Shown: piece by piece, positions 56,152-64,000 of the stretch
Position numbering within the stretch: the first letter of the stretch is position 1
Layout: every line of letters starts with the position of its first letter
Assembly (NCBI GenBank): GCA_907165135.1
Contig: OU015567.1
Span: forward strand, 4,030,001 to 4,094,000
DNA length: 64,000 nucleotides
Source of the DNA: Oikopleura dioica
Lineage: Eukaryota; Animalia; Chordata
Direction: 5' to 3'
Notes under the pieces: generated by a model
Database searches by the model: none
What the model saw: only the letters and a program-made list of their open reading frames with translations
What the model was told of the DNA's origin: nothing
Translations under genes and position numbers: made by a program

Positions 56152-58498
56152 CTAGTTGTTCAGAAGCTCTCTCAAATCATCATGGTATTTTTCGACGTAT
56201 TCGTCGATCTTTGGAAACTGCCCTTTCGGCGAGAAACCGAAGTAGTGTGAAAACACGACGACAGAATGAATCGAACCGTCCATCACGAAAAGATCGCTTT
56301 TTCTACCGTTCCGCAGAAGACGAGAGTGGAACATTTGTCCGTCGTTTTTGAGCACATCGCAATCGCAAACGGAAATTTTGCATTTCGGGAATGATTTCAA
56401 AGCGCTTTTAGAGATTTTTTATCAAGAGAAACGTATTTACAGTGGTTACCCATCTTAAGAGGCCCTAACTTAAGAGGACTTTTGCGTCAATTTGGCTAAT
56501 TTTGTCATCCTAAAAAGTTCCAACTTAAGAGGACTTTCTTGATGATTTTTATTAAATTTCGGGAAATAAAGAAACTCGAAATCTTTGACTGCTTTTCTGG
56601 CCATTTTGAAGACGATGGCTTTGCAAAATACATAGATCCTGTATCTCTTTGTCATCGGGGAAGTTTTCATCGATCATTTTTCGTAACCATCTCGCGACTC
56701 CACGAAGTCTCATTTTATATTGGCGTTTCGGGTATAGTTGCTTGATTTTTTCTTCGAGCTTTTGCATTGATGCAGATTTCTTCTGCGTGAGTTGGTATTT
56801 GTGCTTCGTTTTCGATGACAGGATCGTAAACCTTTTGTTATAAAGGTTTGTAAATGTACATTTCGGAATATCTTGTCCATGCTCTTTTCGATAGAGCTCA
56901 TTTACAGCCTTTTTAGCATTTCTTTTGTTTGCACCTTTCACCAAAATCTCTGCATACTTTTTTTTCTCGGCCATCGTCATGCGAATTCTCTTTTCGGACA
57001 TGTTTCCAGCAAAATATTTTTCGAGGAATGAACAAGTTAAAGTTAAAAACATAAGTGCGCGCCTTGTTCTGGAAACAATAATCATGATCAATTTTTCCAT
57101 CAAATGTCCAAATTTTGACTTCAGTAATGCTGCTTAGCTTCGACATTAGTGAGAAAAGAATTTTAAAATATGTATTCCTAAATTGACTCGAAATGTTCTA
57201 ACTTAAGAGGACTTTCTCTCAGCCCTTGTCATCTCAAAAGGCCTCTTAAGATGGATACCAACTGTATATGCGAAAAATGATCAATAAAAACCTTCCTGTC
57301 AGGAATGATGAGCGGCGTAAAAAGCGGATCTACCATCAACTTCGACCACTTTTCCCTCAATTCTCTCTTCTCCCCCCTCAATTCAGAACCGTCACAGCTT
57401 GATTCCCTCTTCTTCCAGCCTTGAAGCTCTTCTTGATCGAGAAAGTTGGACGGATCAGAGTACGAGTTTTGTTCTTCCGTAAATTGGGTAAAATCGAAGC
57501 ACTCATTCTTCGATATCATTTTGATCTTCCAAGGAGTGACTTCTTCGCCGATGAACCAGAGGAGAAAGTGGGCCATTGCGTCGAAAGTTAAGGGCGGGTA
57601 ACGACGATTCCGCAGCTGACTGAAAGTAGAAATGAGATAAAGAAATCGAAAAGCCGTTTTCCCACGATTGTTTCCTTTACCTTGGAGTATCAAGAGGTCC
57701 ACCAACCGCAGGATACATCAAATGAATCCCACTTGCCTTAAACTTCGAGTTCCTGATCAGCATTCTGTACCAAACTTCAACCGACATGTATCCGCCAGCG
57801 GAGTCGCCGGTGAAAACGATATTCTCCGGGTCAATTGAAAGTTTCGCCGCATTTTCAAAAATATACAAAGCTGCTTCGTAGCAATCTTCAACGGGCGTCG
57901 GGTAGGGATGTTCTGGAGCTTTTCGATATTCAGGGCAGATCACTGAAAATAGGAATAAGACTAAGGTCGAAGAGCTAAGGTAAGCGGGGTCCTCGATATT
58001 TCGATTTTATGCTTGTTTTGAGCCCTAACCCTAACCTTACTCACCGGTAACAGAATTCGCAACAGCAATAGAACTCACAAAGCTTCTGTAGAATCGGACT
58101 TGTCCAAGTGCAAATCCACCACCATGAAAATAAACGACGGCTCCTTTGTTCTCCAGATTCTCCGGCCTGTAAACGAAGATCTTGAAGTTTTCCAGCTCAA
58201 TTATTTCTTCGTCACATTTTTCGCGTAATTTGGTGTGTTTGGCTGTTGCTAATCGACGGCGAGCGAGTTCTGATTTTGGTCCAAAGCCGAGTTTCATCAG
58301 AAATTGAATGATGGCTTTTCCGCGGACTCGGGCTAGCAGGGCAAAGTACATCATCGTGGAACCATCGGCGTTGGGAGGGACGAGACCGGGCTCGTAGAAG
58401 AAGTAGAAGATCAGGCCCTGGAAAATCCCGAGAATTGGCGAATTGGCGAGCCACCCTCCCGAGAGTCCGATAGCGAGACTGACAGATTCCCTTTTCAT
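56152..58498 (-). CDS. Hormone-sensitive-lipase family alpha/beta hydrolase (AADAC/NCEH1-like)
   Basis: YFHGGGFALG, PEYRKAPEHPYP, GDSAGG nucleophile. The last exon 56152-56410 carries CDVLKNDG (Asp) and GSIH (His). N-terminal TM. Confidence 0.9.
56440..57264 (-). mobile_element. 825-bp internally deleted Tc1/mariner-pogo-like element retaining a DNA-binding-domain ORF; intronic
   Basis: TA|CAGTGGTTACCCATCTTAAGAGGCC...GGCCTCTTAAGATGGATACCAACTG|TA. ORF 56552..57103 is Lys-rich with an RMTMAEKKKY HTH-like start. No DDE domain seen. Confidence 0.8.
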
Positions 58499-59530
58499 TC
58501 TACAGTTCAAAGATTGTGATCAGAAGAACGCGTAGTGCACTGTAATATATTAATAAGGGGAAATCGCATGATAAGCAGTGAAAAATATCACTTCTTCCTA
58601 TCAATTTTCGTTTCTCTTATTTTTTTCTGCAAATGTCGGAAAATCTTCGAAAAAATTGGGAAAAATTGAGAGCAAGCGTTGAGGTCCTCCGCGTTAGTTG
58701 AAAAGTCCTCCGCCCACGATTGGTTGGCGGCGCGCTTTTGATGGAAAACAGAAAAAATAAGAAGAATGCGCTTGAAACTCAAAGCGGTCTAATTCAGTAG
58801 AAATTTTAGTTCTGTTAACTTCAACTCCTTTTTTTATTGAAAAAACTCTCAATTTTCGAGAATTTCATCAATGCTTGATTTTCCAAATTAAAAAATGATG
58901 ATAATTGAAAAGGATAACGAAGAGCTATTCTTTGCTAATAACAAACATCAGATGTGCAACAACACAATCTTATTTACAATCAATAAAAGTATTTTAGACG
59001 GTCGGAAATGATATTTCTCATTTATTTCATGTCTAAATAGCAAAAGATTAACCTCGCGTTTTTATCATAGCATGAAATAGCATAATGCTTTTAATTTAAA
59101 AGTCTCTGTAAGCCTGCAGCGTTGACGATTATTTCTGGGATTACTTTTGCCGCATAACTTATGCGGCATAAGTCTCATGTAAATTTTCATAAGACCATGT
59201 ATGTCGTTGCTTCTCCTGGATAACATACGGACAAATTCGCGAAAAAATGTTATGAAAAATTCTGAACTTTGAAAAAAAGCTCGATCATCTGCGGGAATTT
59301 TTGTCATCCCGATGTCAGCTCGCACGGTACACTTATCTTGTTATCTCTAAACGTTTTAAAATGGCGGATCCCAGAGTTACACCTTAGAATTAGAACTCAA
59401 TGTAGACATGCGATAGCGTGAGGTGCACTTGCTCTGCGGCGCCAAGGTCGCGCTATCAGTTCTTTATAAACTTTCGGGTCGAAGGAAAACCATCAGATCT
59501 TTTTGATAGAAAAAGATAGAGAAAATAAAA

Positions 59531-60667
59531 ATGAAACTTTTTGCTCTCGCTGCGACTCCGGTAAATACTTTTTTTATTATTTTTTGCAACGAAATTTTTG
59601 GAATATTTTTTGAACAAAATTTCAGGCTTTGGCGGAAAAATCCGCTGATCCGACTCCCTGGTTCATTTCTCTCGAAGACGAGCCGCAAAAATTCGCGGAA
59701 GAACCCTACACTCCCTACTGTTTGACGAAAGACATCAACGGCGAGCTCAAAGCTATCACCGAAGCCAACTTCTGCGACGGCGTTGCTGATTGCCCCGAAG
59801 GAGAAGATGAAGACGGCCGACTCGCGATTTGCAACCAGCCGACTACTGAGAGCGGCTGCTGCGCGGAAATCAAGGTCAACTGGAGCGGAGCAACTTGCTA
59901 TGCTCTCGACACTTACAGGGACAAAGACCGATATTTCTGCCGAGAATACTATCCAAATGGAATCGACTTCATCACCCGTGAGCTCCGCTGGGAACCCTAC
60001 CACGGCTGGTTCTACACCGACTTTGTCGGCAACTGGGGCTACTTCGCTGTTGGCAACTGGCAGCACGACGCAACTTGTATCGGTGAGCACGGCGAGTTTG
60101 AAGATAACTACAGCTGGACAGGATACAATTTGGCACTGAGCTGCAACGATGAAGCCCCAGCTCCTCGACCAGCACCCTGTGCTCATCATACTTGCCCGGA
60201 CAACAAGATGTGCTCGAATAACTTGGATGTCGAAGGAGGATACGAATGCGTCAAGAGAGACAACGTCAGAGATCAATCCTTGAAGAGAATCAACACCATC
60301 GAAGGACACATTCAGGTAAAAATTCAATCGTTAACTATCGTATTTAAATAATCTTTTCTAGAGACTTTACGACTCCGTGACTGGAACCAGAGCTGGTGAC
60401 CGATTTATTTTCCGAATGAATAAAGTCTTGACCTGGGCGAAAAACTCCTGGACTGGCGAATCCTGCCACGAAGGCGCTGCTGAAGATGCTGAAGATGTCA
60501 ACGTCTTCTCGAAAGACAACATGTGCAAGCTCAATGGTCAAATCAACTCTGCTCTGAACAGCTGGGCGAGAAATTTCGCCTGCTCTGGCGACAAGGATTA
60601 CTCGAGGAAGATCATCAAAGCAGCGAGAAAAAATCGAAACTTCTTCGATGTCAAAAATGATTGTTGA
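59531..60667 (+). CDS. Secreted protein: LDLa-like + EGF-like + lineage-specific C-terminal domain
   Basis: MKLFALAATP|ALA signal; CDGVADCPEGEDE; CAHHTCPDNKMCSNN...GYECV; last exon NMCKLNGQINSALNSWARNFAC. Confidence 0.85.
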
Positions 60668-60787
60668 TTCTGTTGAGCTTGATTATTTGAAAACAAGAGC
60701 TTTCTTATCCGAGGACATTGCTCTTATTTTGACAATAAAATATGGAAAAGAAGGATAAAAAGAGAGAGAGGAAATCAGATGAAAATT

Positions 60788-62887
60788 TCAGCATTCTTGA
60801 TCATTTGGAACAGTAAATTCGATTCGACAGGAAAAGATCCTCTGAAGATCGCAGCTGACGTCATTCCATTTCTCCCATCCGTAGCTCTCAATGCAATTTT
60901 CATTGCTATGGGCGTCGTTGGGCTCGCCAGAGTTCCAGTTGTAAACGGTGCTTTCAACGCCGGTCATGGTAAACCATTGGTTTCCGTTTTTACGTTCGAT
61001 TCCAAGCCACTCACGTCGACCATTTTTGACAGCGTGGTAAGCTTCAAGCTCTTCTTCGGTCATGAAAAAGGAAACGTGGCCTCCCTCGGCAACACATGTA
61101 GCCTCAGCGGTGACGAAATCGACTTCGGCAGTACCCATGTTTCGGAACTCCAAACAGGTTTTTAGCTTATTCAAATGTTAAAAGAAAAAATCGATGGTGA
61201 TAAAATTTACCGGTGATTCAAGCTCAGAATCGTCGCACTGCTCTGACCCAAGAATGGTTCTTTCCACTCTGCAAGAATAGGCAAACATTTGATCAGGAGC
61301 ACACGATCTGTCATTCCATTTGTGTAACGGGTTTGAGGCTGGGCGGCTGTGCACGCAATTTTCGTCGGAGTGCAAATCATTGGGCTCGTTTTCATCCCAA
61401 TCGTAAACTGGGCTTTCAATACCCGTGAGGGTCAGCCACTTGTTGTCATCGCTGCGGTTGATTCCTAACCATTCATTGCGATCTTTCTTATGTTCGTAGT
61501 AGAACTCGAGCTCCTTGTCACTCAGAAAGAATGAGACGTCTCCATCAATAGCTCGACAACCGTCAATGGCCGTGTCGTAAGAGACCTTGTCAGTTCCCAT
61601 GTCGAGGAATTGGACACATTTTTTCTAAATTTTTTGTTAATGTCAACAGCTAAATTTCAAATAAAAAGCTAAACTAATTCGACATACTGGCGATGCCAAA
61701 GTTGTCGTTGTTGTAGTGGTTGTCGTGGTTGTCGTGGTTGTCGTGGTTGTCGTTGTTGTCGTGGTAGTCGTGGTAGACGTGGTCGTTGTCGTGGTGGTTG
61801 TAGGCCATATTTCCGGACAGTCTTCCCAGACGTTAACAGTTGAGTCAATTCGACAGCGAAACATCTCGTCAGCCCAAGTGCACTCGACATCGTTCCACTT
61901 ATCTGGAAAGCCATACATTGTAGTTGCACATTTTTGGCTAGGCGTGCTCGGCTGGTTCTTGTACCATGAGAAAATGGTTGCCGGCTCACCAGTTACGGTC
62001 GCCCAGCCACTTTCAAACGTGTCGTTTCGAACGATTCCTAGCCACTCTCGCGTCGCTCCGGGTCGATCTTGCCAAAGTTGAAGCTCTTTTTTGTCATTGA
62101 AAAAGGGGAGATTGCCACCAATTGACAGACAATAGTTCTGAGCGTCCTTTTGCTTTGATGTTGTATAAGGAGAAGTTTCGAAGGAGAGGCACGACTTTGT
62201 TGCGATTTGGCCAGCTTGGCAGATTGCATGGTGTTTGTGATTACAGTCTTCCTGTTGAACACTCCACGCAGTATGTCCAGCGAGCGACTGTTGCACATAG
62301 CACACCGTTTTATTCGGGAAGTATAGCCATGAGTAGTCAACGTTGTTGATCATCATGCTCTTTGCAATGCCGCTCTCATAGTTAGCTAGCCACATGTCTT
62401 TCAAGAAGCAGTAGGCCCGTGCTTGATCGTAAGTCATCTTTTCATCAGAGACATGAAAAGAAATTTCTTGGTCACGGTTCATGTTCTTCCGGGCGATGGT
62501 TGACATTTCATCCAGGGCTTTTTGAATTGCTTCGTATGCTTCAGCGCTAGAATCGTCAACACATGCGTAGGACTGAATCCATAGCTCAAGACGAGCGACA
62601 AGAGCTTCAATGTTCGATGATGGGCTGGCCTTTTCGTTGAAAGCAATGTCGAAAGTGACTGGTTCGAAAGTTGGGCTTGTAATTCCGGAATTGCAACTAC
62701 CACCACTTTGGTAGAATCCCAAGATCTTTTTCACTTGGTCGTACTTTTGCTGAAATCTTCTGCCAAGACCCTGCTTATCAAAAGATTCACCGACCTGGTA
62801 GGCAAAAACGTCGCTTTCTCTGAAAAAGTCGAGGAAATCGGCCCGGCCTGAGCTTTCAAGAATCGTCAAAAAAGATGAAATTTTCAT
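60788..62887 (-). CDS. Secreted multi-domain C-type lectin (about 4 CTLDs) with poly-Thr linker
   Basis: Repeated WLGI...WxxxEPN/QPS...C...WNDxxC motifs in ORFs 61643-62887, 61178-61600 and 60788-61174. Confidence 0.9.
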
Positions 62888-63325
62888 TTTCTACCGGTAT
62901 TGACTGGCTTACAAATATCGATATATAAAATATCTTATTTGTGATGCACTAGAGAGGATGATACTATGCCCTCCTCAATGTCCTTTTATAGGGTGGGGAG
63001 TAGAGATAAAGCTCTTAACAATGTTGTTACATGGAACTTAGACCGGGTAAGAAGCCCCGTTATCAAACTTTTATCGCAATTTCGTCCGATAATGGGAAGT
63101 ACTTCTTACCCCCGAAGTCTTTACTTGGAAGGAGAGTTCGCTCAATAAGATTTTTGAAGACTGCGGACTTATTGATGTTTTTCTTTTTTTATTACCTTGC
63201 GGAAATAGTTAAATACGAGCATGAATCGTCATGCATCCTGACAACATAATAACCACCTATAAATTCGTCTCTACATGCGTTAAATCTAAAAACTCACGAG
63301 CTTGCATCTTAGAAGAGAAAAAATC

Positions 63326-64000
63326 ATGCTCTTGAAATTGTTGATTCTTTTTTCCATCGAAGTTCAAGCCGGTTACTTTGACCTCCAGTGCAGCAGAACT
63401 CATGCCAAATTGACCCTCAATACTGACACTTTCAGTTCAAGTAGCAAAGATCCTTCGTTTGATTCTGACCTGGTCGGGCTTTACTTGAACTCGGAAAGGA
63501 AAATGCCAGAGAATATCACGGAAGACTGCAAGCTGGAGAACAACATGGAATTTGCATACAACAGTTCTTGTCTTCATAATTCGACCAGTAGGAAAATCTT
63601 TGAGAGGGACAAAAATAAACTATTTTTAGCGTCTTCGGCTCCGGTTTATTCTGGTTTCATAATTCAATACGGAGTGGTTGATGACTCCTACATCTATATT
63701 TCAATTGATGAAGATATTGAATGCAATGAAGATTCATGGGACAATTATGTTCACCCTGACAATGCGATACAGTCCAAATCTGGTAAATTAAACCCATTTT
63801 TCAGCTCTGAAAATTATTCTAGAGGTCCAATCTTCAAGTCTTAAAGCAAACGGAACATTTGAACTGACTCCGGTTTTTAACTTGACGATCACAGGCGGCG
63901 ACGGTCTTGGAGAGAAAATGACTGTAACAGCGACGAATCCATACGACTACAATTTGATCATTGACAAGTGCGATGTTCTGCTACAAAGCAAAGATTTCAC
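63326..64000 (+). CDS. Second ZP-like secreted protein, runs off the window
   Basis: MLLKLLILFSIEVQA signal; LQCSRTHAKLTLN...DCKL...SSC (ZP-N pattern); downstream exon ...YNLIIDKCDV. Confidence 0.65.

Noticed and set aside
59464-60327. 287-aa minus-strand ORF
   Set aside because: Antisense shadow of the LDLa/EGF gene.
61716-62081. Poly-Val ORF
   Set aside because: Antisense of the poly-Thr linker in the lectin.

Overview
Eukaryotic genomic DNA: AT-rich, gene-dense, with many ~40-90 nt introns and some apparent GC-AG/GA-AG introns. It is most consistent with a larvacean tunicate such as Oikopleura dioica (inferred from gene content and intron style, not verified). About 25 mostly multi-exon genes can be read by hand: an oikosin-like secreted protein missed by the ORF track, two ZP-domain proteins, an SLC22 transporter, a tandem CAP-domain protein, a trefoil mucin, a protocadherin, a class A GPCR, ROMO1, SMARCE1/BAF57, an AADAC-like hydrolase and a multi-CTLD lectin. 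There is also one tRNA-Leu(AAG) and at least five families of small inverted-repeat DNA elements. The top candidate for novelty is a tandem pair of vitamin-K-dependent (Gla) genes at 49.2-52.2 kb that share one signal-propeptide-Gla cassette. One copy is fused to TSP1 plus an Ig-like domain, the other to a DRGH-type non-specific endonuclease; the latter has an in-frame TGA under its best splice model. Second is a 593-bp MITE inserted into a coding exon of the GPCR. All gene models were spliced by eye, so exon boundaries are provisional.
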